From: Candidatus Collierbacteria bacterium
GTDB lineage: Bacteria; Patescibacteriota; Microgenomatia; UBA1400; JACPES01
Assembly (NCBI GenBank): GCA_016183365.1
Contig: JACPES010000003.1
Coordinates: forward strand, 13,726 to 77,725
DNA length: 64,000 nt
Direction of reading: 5' to 3'
Each line of letters starts with the position of its first letter. Position 1 is the stretch's first letter. A program made the position numbers and the translations under genes. Of the stretch, positions 28,166 to 38,503 are shown piece by piece. Below the pieces are notes generated by a model that searched no databases, was not told the origin of the DNA, and saw only the letters and a program-made list of their open reading frames with translations.

Positions 28166-31100
28166 ATGGTAACCACTACCCGCGATCAAATTGCCGTCGC
28201 CGCCATCCAAGACATTCTCCGCCGTGAAGATTATCAGCCCGAACTCTTAAAAGACATGGCCAAAGCCTTGGCCAAGGCCAGGAATGTTCTGCCGCCGCCG
28301 GATGCCATCATCGTCCGGAACAAAGTTTATTCCTTAAAAACCATCGAGGAACGCCTGGTTCAATTTATCCACTATCTGCCGCCGGATAATCGTCCGGAAA
28401 TTACCGATACATCCTTCTATGACGAAAATTTCTTGAATCAATTAATTTCTATTATTGACGAAGTCTCGGGATTCGCTCCATCCCCTAAGGCAAAAGTTTC
28501 CATGGACGCGGTAGTCCCTGCTAATCTCCAAGAATTGCTCGAGGCCCAAGCCAAAGCCACCGCCGAAAAAAAACAAGCCCTCGGCCGGCCGTCGCAACTT
28601 ACGCAACAAATCAAACAAGCCCAGGAAATCGGCATCCGCAGCCAGCTTTTAAGGGTCGCCGTTTCCCGGCGCTTGTACTTGACACTGTTGGAATCTTCAT
28701 ACATCAAAGACTTGCAAGTTATCTATGGCAAAGAAACAGTCAATCAATTTTTAACGCAAAGAATTGACTTAGCCGTCAATCAGTCCATCACTGCCTTGGC
28801 GATGAACCAGCTGGGATTATCCGATCCCGCCAATGCCGCCGCCTATTTCACCTCTCAATTGGAAAAAAATCTCAAAACCGATCGCAACCTGGCAGTGGCT
28901 TTGGCCAAAACCCCCAAAATCAGCCGGAAAAACGCCTTGGTTGACGCTAAAAATTTAGCCGGGGATGCGGTTGCCGAAATCCAACCCGCCGCCGAAGCAT
29001 TTAGGGCCGAACAGGATTCCTCTCCGATTTATCGCGCCACAGCCCAAGAAATTGCCCAAGGCGAGATTGAGGCCGCCCTGGCAAAATCCGGACAACAACT
29101 TTCCAAAAAACAAGCTAGCCGTCTGGCTGATACCTTGGCTAAATACTCCGATCACTCGGACAAACAATTGCTGATTCTAAAACGGATTCTCCCCGGAATT
29201 TCACCGGAAACAGGACAGGAAATGATTGGTCGTCTTCAACCGGCTATTTCGGCTTTAGCCAGAAGCTCCGACCATCCGTCTATCGCCGAGACTATAAATG
29301 AAGCCTCGTTGATTAATTTGGCCCGGACTAATCCGGCCCTTTTCCCTTTTAGATTAATGGCGGCCATCCGCGGCAATCGGCTGTCTGACGGAGAAACCGT
29401 CGCCTTAACTGTCAGACTCTCGCAACAATTAAGGGTTTCTCTTGATTATGTCGCTCTAAGATTATCAGGGATCAATGCCAAAGATTTGCAAGGCCATCTT
29501 GTTTCTTTAACCAAAGGCCTGCCAGTATTAGGACTTTTGCCTACTCGGCCACCCATAAATCCCAATAGTCCCATTTTCAGACGCTTGAATGACGCCTTGC
29601 CCGGAGTTAGTCAGATAGATAGGGCCAAAGAAGAATTTCAATTCAATCCGATTGCTTCCGGCCTTAATCTGCGGAGCAACTGGTACTCAATAACTCACTT
29701 TTTTAATGTCGGTAAAGCTATTCGCTACAACCTGGGCCGCTTGCCATCAATCAATAGAATGGCTTCTTCCGCTCAAACCGTATTCTCCGGGTTAAGGATC
29801 CGGTCAGGAATCGCCAATTCTGCTTTCAGTTTCTTTACCTCGGTTTCCGGAGGCATTGGCAAACTTAGGTCGGCCGCCGCCTACCCTTTCCGGGCCGTAG
29901 GCTCTGTAATCTCCGCCGGCTGGAGTAAGGCCAAATCCTGGGCCGGAATCCAAGTTAAAGCCGGTCTGGCTAAGGCCGGAGCCTGGCTGGCCAAAAAAGG
30001 CGTCACTGCCGCTGCCACTAAATTAGGTCTGATAGCGGTAGGCAAGGGAGCGGCCGCGCTTTTGGCTCAAGCCGTCCCCATCGCCGGCCAGATCTTCGCC
30101 GCCGCCCTAATCGGCGGCGACATCCTCAAATTCCTCTGGAATAACCGCAAAGAAATCGGGGCTGGCTTGGCGGGGATGTTTTTCCTGGGACAAATGATTT
30201 TGGCAAAAATTCTGGGATTCCTTGGCGCTGCCGCGTGGACCTTGGGCGGGGGGATTCTTGGAGGAGTTATCGGATTCGCGATCGGCGGACCGATTGGAGC
30301 CGTCGTCGGAACTCTGGTCGGCGGCACAATCGGCTATTTGATTTCTTCCGGCGCCCTCGGTTCCGCTCTTGCCGGCGTCGCCGGGTGGCTGGGCTCGATC
30401 GCCGTCGGAATTGGCTCATTCATCGCTACGATTACTTCACCCGCCGCTCTTGCCGGCGTCGCCGGCACGGTGGCCACCGTCAGCGTCGTCGGCGCCATCG
30501 GCGGCGGGGCTTTTCTGGCAATCCAAAACCAGCATGCCCAAACCGCCGCCCTCTATGTCCAAACCGCTGCTCCAGACAGTTTCGGCCGCGGCCGGGGGGC
30601 GGATATTCCCGCTTGCTGGCCGACGTCAGGAACCATCGCCCAAGGGCCATATAACGACCGGCCGATTGTTTGCCAAAGCGGTGGCAAGGTGGTAACTTGT
30701 TCTCATGCCGCTTACAATTCCAACGCCGTCGACATTGCCAAGAGCCCTGTCGGCGAGCCGGTTTACGCCAGCCACGACGGTGTCGCCACCGCTTTCGCCT
30801 TCAGCCCGGTGGCCGAATTTGGCAATTACGTGATCGTCCAGTCTTCTCCTAAAGGTTTCCTGACTATCTATGCCCACCTCCTAGAATTCGACTTACCCAC
30901 CGGAGTTCCCACTCAAATCACCGGCGGCACGCGAATCGGCCTCATGGGTACCAGCGGTAACAGCACCGGACCACATCTGCACTATGAGCTAAATAATGAC
31001 GGACACATCGATACAATTGTGCCACAATACAATCTTTACGATACCGTCGCCTACGACCCGGTTTGCATCGGCCAGTCATCATCCTCGATCAGTGGCTGGA

Positions 31101-31768
31101 TTTCTCGGGTGTCCGGCGCCAACAACGTCATCGCCACCACTAACACCGAATACGACGCCACCGGCGGCGAGGGGATAAACGCCTGCACTTGGCTGGAAAA
31201 ACACGGTGAAGCGTCGGTGGCTGTCAACGCCAATTTCTTCGAAGCCCAAAGCACCAAGAAAATTCCTCGCGGTCCGGCGTCATACCGGCTGGATCCGATT
31301 CCCCATTCGCTGGATCCCCGCTACAGTTTTTGGAGCATTTATGCCAGTGGCTCGAACTTCACGCTTGGACCGGCAGACATTGCTACCCGGCCGCATCAGT
31401 TTGCCGTCTCCGGTTCGCCATTACTAATTCGCGGCAACACAGCGATGCCAATCCCCGATACCTCTGATGGTCCGCAGCATTTTGTCTGGCACACCAAAGA
31501 TACCCGACTAGCGATGGGCTTCACTGGCGCGTCAGCCGTGATCGTCGTTCTGGATAATGCTACGGTCAAGGACATGCAAAAATTCCTACTGTCACAGAAT
31601 ATCCAGAACGCCATCAATCTCGACGGCGGCTCGTCGGCGACGCTGTGCGAGCGAACCGGCTCGGGCGTCATATCCATCATCAGCACCGGCCGAAAGTCGG
31701 CCAACAGCATTGGCTTTATCGGCGGGACGATCGAAAAAATTACCGGCGGACTGGCTCCGGGACCCTAG
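28166..31768 (+). CDS. 1200-aa protein: helical N-terminus, Gly/Ala hydrophobic region, M23 peptidase, phosphodiester-glycosidase-like domain
   Basis: TIYAHL, GNSTGPHLHYE (M23); AINLDGGSS (NAGPA-like). Confidence 0.85.
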   Translation: MVTTTRDQIAVAAIQDILRREDYQPELLKDMAKALAKARNVLPPPDAIIVRNKVYSLKTIEERLVQFIHYLPPDNRPEITDTSFYDENFLNQLISIIDEVSGFAPSPKAKVSMDAVVPANLQELLEAQAKATAEKKQALGRPSQLTQQIKQAQEIGIRSQLLRVAVSRRLYLTLLESSYIKDLQVIYGKETVNQFLTQRIDLAVNQSITALAMNQLGLSDPANAAAYFTSQLEKNLKTDRNLAVALAKTPKISRKNALVDAKNLAGDAVAEIQPAAEAFRAEQDSSPIYRATAQEIAQGEIEAALAKSGQQLSKKQASRLADTLAKYSDHSDKQLLILKRILPGISPETGQEMIGRLQPAISALARSSDHPSIAETINEASLINLARTNPALFPFRLMAAIRGNRLSDGETVALTVRLSQQLRVSLDYVALRLSGINAKDLQGHLVSLTKGLPVLGLLPTRPPINPNSPIFRRLNDALPGVSQIDRAKEEFQFNPIASGLNLRSNWYSITHFFNVGKAIRYNLGRLPSINRMASSAQTVFSGLRIRSGIANSAFSFFTSVSGGIGKLRSAAAYPFRAVGSVISAGWSKAKSWAGIQVKAGLAKAGAWLAKKGVTAAATKLGLIAVGKGAAALLAQAVPIAGQIFAAALIGGDILKFLWNNRKEIGAGLAGMFFLGQMILAKILGFLGAAAWTLGGGILGGVIGFAIGGPIGAVVGTLVGGTIGYLISSGALGSALAGVAGWLGSIAVGIGSFIATITSPAALAGVAGTVATVSVVGAIGGGAFLAIQNQHAQTAALYVQTAAPDSFGRGRGADIPACWPTSGTIAQGPYNDRPIVCQSGGKVVTCSHAAYNSNAVDIAKSPVGEPVYASHDGVATAFAFSPVAEFGNYVIVQSSPKGFLTIYAHLLEFDLPTGVPTQITGGTRIGLMGTSGNSTGPHLHYELNNDGHIDTIVPQYNLYDTVAYDPVCIGQSSSSISGWISRVSGANNVIATTNTEYDATGGEGINACTWLEKHGEASVAVNANFFEAQSTKKIPRGPASYRLDPIPHSLDPRYSFWSIYASGSNFTLGPADIATRPHQFAVSGSPLLIRGNTAMPIPDTSDGPQHFVWHTKDTRLAMGFTGASAVIVVLDNATVKDMQKFLLSQNIQNAINLDGGSSATLCERTGSGVISIISTGRKSANSIGFIGGTIEKITGGLAPGP

Positions 31769-31786
31769 TTTTGGAAATTCGTTACA

Positions 31787-32785
31787 ATGACAGCAGTGAA
31801 AAACAAATTAAACCAACTATTACGACTGCTGCAGACCCACTGGCTGCTTACTGTCCTGGGCCTGGTTATCATCTTAATACCCATAATTATTTTGATCCGC
31901 GGGCAAAGACCGCCCCGGGTGACTGTGCCGCCGCCAGAAATTACCGGTCAGGTTCCGAATAAAGCCGTCCGCAGCATCACCTACACTGGCCAACAGTTAA
32001 TCCTGCCAAAGACAATGGTTGTTTACCGTAACACTGCCAGTGAACTATCGCTGATGAACCTAGTCAAACGGATCGCTACCAGCCGAAATTTACCTCCCTC
32101 CCCCAACAGTTCCACCCTGTGGGTGTCTGGCGAAACCGGCGAGTATGTCCATTTGGATCAAGCCCACGGCGTGGTCACTTACGGCCAAAATTTACCACCG
32201 GAAGATGCGCCCGCTCCCCAGACAGACCGCGCTCGCCAGCTGGCCCAGCAGTGGGTAAAAGACACGCTATCGCTGACGGTCCGCCCGGATGAGAAAAATA
32301 TCAAGTATTTTGCCGTTTCCGGCTCACAACTGGTGCCGGTCGATCCCGGCAGCGCAGAGGTGATCGAGATCCCGTTGAATTTAACGATTGGCCAATACCC
32401 GGTGATGATTGGCAATGCGGCTATTCCAGTTGCCACCGTCAGCGTCGGCCGCAATCACACAATCAATCGAGCCATCCTCAAACCATTTGCCCTGACTCCG
32501 ATGTCCGCTAGCGAACTACCAACAATTGATTTATCCACCATCGTCAAAAACCTGACGGATAAAGCCGAGATTATTAGCATTATGCCGGAAGCGCCAATTG
32601 ATACCAACGCTCATCCGCCCACGGAAATTACCCTAACCGAAGTCCAAATCCAATATCGTCTCGATCCCAATACCAATCTCATCTACCCTTATGTCGCTTT
32701 TACCGGCACCGCCAAACTCCAGGGTGAATCTGTCACGGCCGACGTAAACGTGATTTCTCCCGTCGTTAACACCGCTGCCCCCTAA
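31787..32785 (+). CDS. Single-pass membrane-anchored hypothetical protein
   Basis: N-terminal TM; C-terminal LIYPYVAFTG. Confidence 0.75.
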   Translation: MTAVKNKLNQLLRLLQTHWLLTVLGLVIILIPIIILIRGQRPPRVTVPPPEITGQVPNKAVRSITYTGQQLILPKTMVVYRNTASELSLMNLVKRIATSRNLPPSPNSSTLWVSGETGEYVHLDQAHGVVTYGQNLPPEDAPAPQTDRARQLAQQWVKDTLSLTVRPDEKNIKYFAVSGSQLVPVDPGSAEVIEIPLNLTIGQYPVMIGNAAIPVATVSVGRNHTINRAILKPFALTPMSASELPTIDLSTIVKNLTDKAEIISIMPEAPIDTNAHPPTEITLTEVQIQYRLDPNTNLIYPYVAFTGTAKLQGESVTADVNVISPVVNTAAP

Positions 32786-32910
32786 CAACCGCGCGACCGA
32801 CAACATGATCCTCAAACAATTCCTCGAACTGGCAGACGGAATTTTTGGGAAGTTTCGCAAGCTTCCGTCTCTCCTTGTTACCCCTCTTCCACCAGTATAA
32901 AATTAACCCT

Positions 32911-34035
32911 ATGATTGAACACCCTATTCCTCAAAATGTCACCAGCTACCAGTTCCGCCTCATCGGCGATATGACTTTAAAACAATTCATCGAATTGGCC
33001 GGAGGAGTAGTGGCCGGCTGGCTGATTTGGAGCCTTGATCTGCCAGCAATTATCCGGTGGCCCATGGTAATCATGGCGGTAATTTTGGGGTTTGGATTGG
33101 CGTTTATGCCCCTGGAAGATCGGCCGCTGGATCAATGGTTTATCGCCTTTTTCCGGGCCATTTACCGGCCAACCATTTTTGTCTGGAAAAAAGCTGTCCG
33201 CGATGATATTTTAAGCTTTCAGGCTAGCCCGGCAGAATCAAAATCCGTTTTAGAATCTGCGGTTAAAATGCCCACGGCCAAGCTTGAGTCTTTGTTGGCC
33301 GGCTATAAGATAAATGAGGCAGTAGAAGCCGATCCATTACTGGATGCTTGGGAAAAACGCTTGGCAGCCGTTCCGCAATTATTTTCCGAAGTCACGGTGC
33401 CTAAAAAACTAGCCGACGTAACCGTCTTTCCTCAAGTCAGGGCGGTAGATTTAAGCTATCACGTTTCGGATTTAACCCCAGTCCTCCATCCATTAACTCC
33501 ACCAGAGGATCCGGATGCCATTCTGCGGGGGGAAATTACTTTACCGGCCCACCGTCTCCGAGTCCCGCAGAATTTACCGATAGCCATTGGCGATGCCCCG
33601 GCTAAACCTGCACTTCTCGTCAAACGCGGAGATTCTTTAAGTCAAATAGGGACATCTGAAATCAAACTCCCGTCTTTTAATACGGCCGTTGTCAAGTCCA
33701 GAACCGGAGCCGTTTCGGCAACAGTAATGCAATCCTTAATCTTGCCATCCAGCCCATCTATTCCTAATGTCCTGACCGGAATTGTGGTAACTTCAGACGG
33801 ACAAATCGCTGACAATGCCATTGTTGAAATCCGGCGCCTGACCGATCATCTACCGGTTAGAGCCGTTAAATCCAATAAACTCGGACATTTTGCCATTGCC
33901 ACTCCTTTAGAAAATGGAAGTTATGAAATCCTGACGGACAAAGACGGTCTGGCCTTTGGTATACTCAAAATTGACGTCGGGGGCTTGATTATGCCGCCGA
34001 TTGAAATTAGAGCAAAAAAAGAAAAGATGTCTTGA
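32911..34035 (+). CDS. PrgI-family (VirB3-like) protein with C-terminal beta-sandwich
   Basis: HPIPQNVTSYQFRLIGDMTLKQF, two TMs, EDRPLDQW. Confidence 0.88.
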   Translation: MIEHPIPQNVTSYQFRLIGDMTLKQFIELAGGVVAGWLIWSLDLPAIIRWPMVIMAVILGFGLAFMPLEDRPLDQWFIAFFRAIYRPTIFVWKKAVRDDILSFQASPAESKSVLESAVKMPTAKLESLLAGYKINEAVEADPLLDAWEKRLAAVPQLFSEVTVPKKLADVTVFPQVRAVDLSYHVSDLTPVLHPLTPPEDPDAILRGEITLPAHRLRVPQNLPIAIGDAPAKPALLVKRGDSLSQIGTSEIKLPSFNTAVVKSRTGAVSATVMQSLILPSSPSIPNVLTGIVVTSDGQIADNAIVEIRRLTDHLPVRAVKSNKLGHFAIATPLENGSYEILTDKDGLAFGILKIDVGGLIMPPIEIRAKKEKMS

Positions 34036-34165
34036 AGATAGAAAATAGATATTCTTGATCTTGAATTCTTGACAGCTTGACTATCTGATCAAGGAATCAA
34101 AAAATCAATCCGCCAGCCGGCGGATCAAGTTCAAGAATTTCAAGAATATCCATCTTCAAAATATC
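34026..34165. repeat. Imperfect inverted repeat (CTTGA/TCAAG family) with embedded ATCCGCCAGCCGGCGGAT hairpin
   Basis: Similar to 9045-9167. Confidence 0.8.
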
Positions 34166-34177
34166 TTAAATTAACAA

Positions 34178-34870
34178 TTGCCTATGCCTGTCCAACCTAT
34201 AATTTCTACCACCCAGGATCATTTACCCGTCCACGACATCCAGGAAAATCTGGTAGTTTTAAAAAACGGCTCGGCGGCCATGGTAATCGAAACCTCGGCG
34301 GTTAATTTCGGCTTGTTATCTCAAGGAGAACAAGACGCGATTATTTACGCTTACGCCGCTCTATTAAATTCTCTCAATTTCCCGATTCAAATTTTAATCC
34401 GCTCCGAAAGAAAAGATATCAGCGCCTATCTAGGATTATTGGCCGCGGCGGCAAAAAAACAAATGTCTCCCACTAAACGGGCTTGGATTGAATCTTACCG
34501 CCATTTTGTGGCCGAAACCGTCCAGCGCCGCAACGTCTTAGACAAAAAATTTTATATTATTTTACCCTTTTTGTCATTAGAACTGGGCTCTGCCAAATCT
34601 TTGGGGCTAGCCGTAACCAGCCAAAATCGGCTGCCGGCGCCGTTGACAGAAATTGTCAAAAAGGCTTTGGTGGCCCTGGGGCCGAAGCGCGACCACGTTA
34701 TCAGGCAATTGGAAAGAATCGGTTTAACCGCCAGGCAATTAATCAATAAAGAACTTTTGTCTCTTTTATACCGCACTTATAACCCCGGATACGCCGCCCC
34801 GGAAATCGATGCCGTCAACTTAACCGCTCCCCTGGTGGAGCCGATTATCAAAGATAACAAAATATTATGA
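34178..34870 (+). CDS. T4SS-associated protein resembling the VirB4/TraE N-terminal domain
   Basis: STQDHL...AVNFGLLSQGEQDAIIYAYAALLNSLNFPIQILI; lies between prgI and virB4. Confidence 0.75.
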   Translation: MPMPVQPIISTTQDHLPVHDIQENLVVLKNGSAAMVIETSAVNFGLLSQGEQDAIIYAYAALLNSLNFPIQILIRSERKDISAYLGLLAAAAKKQMSPTKRAWIESYRHFVAETVQRRNVLDKKFYIILPFLSLELGSAKSLGLAVTSQNRLPAPLTEIVKKALVALGPKRDHVIRQLERIGLTARQLINKELLSLLYRTYNPGYAAPEIDAVNLTAPLVEPIIKDNKIL

Positions 34871-37092
34871 AGATTCCTTTAATCACCAATATTTTTAAGA
34901 CTAAAAAACCGGAGAATCCAAAAAATCAAGATATTTCGCCGGCAATGCAGTTTGCCCAGGGAATTACCACTATTCAGGATATCTTGGCCCCGGATGCAAT
35001 TGAGGTTGACTTTACCCACCTTAAAATCGGCAACCGGCTGGTCCGAACCCTATTTGTGGCCGGTTATCCGCGTTTTGTGGCCGCCAACTGGCTGTCTCCT
35101 TTGATAAACTTTGACCACTCTTTGGACGTTTCCATGTTTGTTTATCCGGTTGAAGGCAAGGGCGTTTTGGAAAATCTGCGGCGGAAAATCACCGAAATGG
35201 AAGCCGAGATTAATTCCGACCTGCAGCGCGGCCGGCTGGCCAATATTGATACTCAAGTCAAGCTGGAAGACGCCAAAGGGCTGCAGGAACAGTTGGCCAA
35301 GGGGTCTGAACGTTTTTATCAATTTAGCCTGTACGTGACCATCGGATCAGACACCGAAGAAGAACTGAATCAGATCTCCAAACAAATTCAATCCACATTA
35401 GGGTCTCTTTTGATCATTGCCAAACCGGCGTCTTTCGTCATGGAACAAGCCTTTAAAACCACTCAACCGCTGGGTCAGGATTTTTTAAATATTACCCGGA
35501 ATATGGATACCACTTCTCTGGCAACCACTTTTCCGTTTACTTCCAGCGAACTCTCGGCCAATGAGGGAATTTTATACGGAATCAACGAGCATAATGATAG
35601 TTTGGTGGTATTTGACCGCTTTTCCAGAGAGAACGCGAATATGGTCGTATTTGCAAAATCGGGCGCGGGAAAGTCGTTTTTCGTCAAACTTGAAGCCCTG
35701 CGGTCGTTAATGTTTGACACCGAAGTTATCGTCATCGATCCGGAGGACGAATATCACCGGATGGCCGACGCCGTCAACGGCCAATATATTGATTTTAGTT
35801 TTTCATCCAAGGTTAAAATAAATCCTTTTGACCTTCCCTCTTACGCCCGCGGAGAATCCGGACAGGCAGGAGAAAACGAACTATCGCAAAAATTGCTTTC
35901 GCTTCACGCCCTAATGAAAATAATGCTTGGGAGCATGGACGCCACCCAAGAGGCCATCTTAGATCGAGCCTTAATCGCCGCCTATAAAGCCAAAGGCATC
36001 AGCCCCAATCCGGAATCGTTTAATAACGAACCCCCTCTTTTGGAGGATTTATATAAATCTTTGATTGGAATGGAGGCCCCGGGAGCCGAGAACTTGGCCG
36101 CCAGATTGGAAAAATTTGTCAAAGGCAGTTTCCGCGGACTGGTGGACCAAAAAACCAATGTCAACTTGACCAGCGACTTTATCGTCTTTGGAATCAAGAA
36201 TCTGGAAGACGCGCTCCGGCCGGTGGCCATGTTTATGATTCTGGATTTTATTTGGACCAAAGTAAAATCCCAACTTAAGCGCCGGCTATTAATAGTAGAC
36301 GAGGCTTGGTATTTGATGAAAAACCAGGATTCAGCCCTGTTTTTATACTCTATGGCCAAACGAGCCCGTAAATATTATTTGGGGTTGACTACCATTACTC
36401 AAGACGTCGAGGACTTCTTGCATTCTGACTACGGTAAGGCTATCGTCACCAATTCCAGCATTCAAGTCCTGATGAAGCAGTCGGCGGCGGCGGTTGACTC
36501 TCTCCAAGAAGCCTTTTATCTATCCGCCGGGGAGAAACAACTCTTAATGGCTTCAGAAATTGGCGAAGGGTTGTTTTTTGCCGGCCAAAACCATGTGGCC
36601 ATTAAGGTTGTCGCCAGCCCGGAAGAACACAAATTAATCACCAGCAAGCCGCAGGAAATATTAGAAATGGCAAAGCAACGGGGACAACCCGAGGAGAGCG
36701 CCAACCCCGTAATTGCGACACCACAACGTCCCGATTTGATCGGGGGGAGTGGCGAGCATACTACTGGGGTTCCGGAGAGCAATTACTGGAAACCTCCAAA
36801 ACCGGCCGGACAGGAGTCTTTGGCTCTAAATGAAATCGAAGTGGACGTAATTAAAGATCAGAATACTCTAAAAACTCAGATTGCCGGAGAATCGGAAAAT
36901 AAGAGAGTCGGGCTATCGGATAATCGAATTTCCAGGAAGCCGGCAACTCCCGAGCCTCCGAATCTCCGGCAATCTGGCCATCCGAGTGTTCCGAGTATTC
37001 AGAAAACTCCGCTAGCCCCAAATGCCGCCGTCCAACCATCCATCGAATTTACTTCGATATTTGAAACTCAGCCGAAAAAAACAACAGAATAG
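34867..37092 (+). CDS. virB4: VirB4-like T4SS ATPase
   Basis: Walker A AKSGAGKS, VIDPEDEY, INPFD, Walker B IVDEAW, RARKY, TQD. Confidence 0.93.
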   Translation: MKIPLITNIFKTKKPENPKNQDISPAMQFAQGITTIQDILAPDAIEVDFTHLKIGNRLVRTLFVAGYPRFVAANWLSPLINFDHSLDVSMFVYPVEGKGVLENLRRKITEMEAEINSDLQRGRLANIDTQVKLEDAKGLQEQLAKGSERFYQFSLYVTIGSDTEEELNQISKQIQSTLGSLLIIAKPASFVMEQAFKTTQPLGQDFLNITRNMDTTSLATTFPFTSSELSANEGILYGINEHNDSLVVFDRFSRENANMVVFAKSGAGKSFFVKLEALRSLMFDTEVIVIDPEDEYHRMADAVNGQYIDFSFSSKVKINPFDLPSYARGESGQAGENELSQKLLSLHALMKIMLGSMDATQEAILDRALIAAYKAKGISPNPESFNNEPPLLEDLYKSLIGMEAPGAENLAARLEKFVKGSFRGLVDQKTNVNLTSDFIVFGIKNLEDALRPVAMFMILDFIWTKVKSQLKRRLLIVDEAWYLMKNQDSALFLYSMAKRARKYYLGLTTITQDVEDFLHSDYGKAIVTNSSIQVLMKQSAAAVDSLQEAFYLSAGEKQLLMASEIGEGLFFAGQNHVAIKVVASPEEHKLITSKPQEILEMAKQRGQPEESANPVIATPQRPDLIGGSGEHTTGVPESNYWKPPKPAGQESLALNEIEVDVIKDQNTLKTQIAGESENKRVGLSDNRISRKPATPEPPNLRQSGHPSVPSIQKTPLAPNAAVQPSIEFTSIFETQPKKTTE

Positions 37093-37178
37093 AAGGTTAA
37101 AAGGATTAAAAAGGTTGAAAGGTTACAAGGCTGGAAGGTGAGTTTTTTTCAACCTGCCAACTTTTAGCCTGCCGACCT
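37092..37178. repeat. Gene-less inverted AAAGGTT/AACCT arrays
   Basis: Same unit family as the arms of 23075-23458. Confidence 0.75.
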
Positions 37179-37188
37179 GGATTTCTCG

Positions 37189-38271
37189 TTATTTCTGGAC
37201 GCGGACCGGCATAATCACATGAAGATAATTTTTCGACTTAAATACTCCCGGCTTTAGAGAATCCACCATACTAAAATTTATGGTTTCTTCATCCGTCGAC
37301 CCTAAATAATCTAATAAATAGCGGCCGTTAAAAGCCATTTCCCCCTCGCCCTTTCCTTCGACCTCCAAGATTGTCTCGTTCTCGCCTATTTGAGGAGAAT
37401 TGGCCGACACTTTTAATTTACCATTTTTAATCTTCCACTTAATTATATTGGCCGCGCTTCTGGCGAAAATAGCCGCCACTTTAACCGCCCGCTCCAATTC
37501 TGATCGATTAACGGAGATTGATAAATCAAATGTTTGGGGAACAATTTTTTCCGTCGGCGGAAAATCTCCAGCTATTGTCCGTCCGGACAGCCACCCTTTA
37601 TCTCCGATAATCCCGACTTCCCCGGATTGGCCAAGATTCAAACTAATCTTTTCGACATCCGAAAATTTATCGGCCTCTGACAAAAACCGGGCCGGGATAA
37701 TTATTGTTTTTTCTACCCGGCCGCGGGCCGGGACAGTGGCGAGGCTAAGCCTATAACCATCTGTAGCCATCATTTTCATTTCCTCGCTTTCCGCTGTCGT
37801 CAATTTTATTCCGGTCAAAACCGGCCGGGAATCGTCTTTGGCTGTGGCGAAAACCGTTCTTTTTAAAAGAAATGATAACTCTTCAGGCTTCATCTCCAGA
37901 TCTGATCCGACAGGCGGCTCGATTTTAGGAAATTCTTCTCCGGAAATCCCCACCAATCGGGCTTTAAATGAACCGGATTTGATTAATAACGAATCCTTTT
38001 CAGATGATAGATCGACTTTCCCGGCTATCAATTGGGAAATCAAAGCCGAGAACTCTTTAGCCGGAATTGAAATTTCTCCTTCTTCCTCAATTTTTCCTCC
38101 TACTGTTAATCCCATTGAAATTGACAGGTCTGTGGCTAAAAAAACTATTTTTCCTTTTTCTGCTTTTAATAAAATATTAGACAGAATCGGCAACTGCGGT
38201 TTTGACGACACAATTTTAGAGATAGTCAAGGCCGCTTTAGTTAAATTTTCCTGCAAAATTGATATTTTCAT
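37189..38271 (-). CDS. dnaN: DNA polymerase III beta clamp
   Basis: PILSNILL, SRPVLTG, ATDGYRL, VIMPVR. Confidence 0.97.
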   Translation of the reverse strand: MKISILQENLTKAALTISKIVSSKPQLPILSNILLKAEKGKIVFLATDLSISMGLTVGGKIEEEGEISIPAKEFSALISQLIAGKVDLSSEKDSLLIKSGSFKARLVGISGEEFPKIEPPVGSDLEMKPEELSFLLKRTVFATAKDDSRPVLTGIKLTTAESEEMKMMATDGYRLSLATVPARGRVEKTIIIPARFLSEADKFSDVEKISLNLGQSGEVGIIGDKGWLSGRTIAGDFPPTEKIVPQTFDLSISVNRSELERAVKVAAIFARSAANIIKWKIKNGKLKVSANSPQIGENETILEVEGKGEGEMAFNGRYLLDYLGSTDEETINFSMVDSLKPGVFKSKNYLHVIMPVRVQK

Positions 38272-38503
38272 TGTTTCGTTTTGTCTCTATATTAATTAGT
38301 CCTAGTATATAGGAATGTGGATTTGTCGAGAACTATTAAAAAACCCCTTTTCTCTGGCATTTTTTCTTATAAACCTTTGTTTATAAGAAAAGTGGACAAA
38401 TTGTTAACTCTCCAATTGCCCTGGGAATTATCAACAACCCTAAAAAGTTTTTCGCGACTAATTCACCAGTTATCCACAGAGTTATCCACGGATTGTGGAC
38501 AAC
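38272..38503. promoter_or_regulatory. Putative oriC with DnaA boxes
   Basis: TTATCCACA 38470-38478, TTATCCACG 38482-38490, TGTGGACAA 38494-38502, TTATCAACA 38428-38436; AT-rich; between dnaA and dnaN. Confidence 0.88.

Noticed and set aside
32911-37092. Autonomous ICE or conjugative element
   Set aside because: No integrase, relaxase, oriT or att sites seen; embedded next to core origin genes
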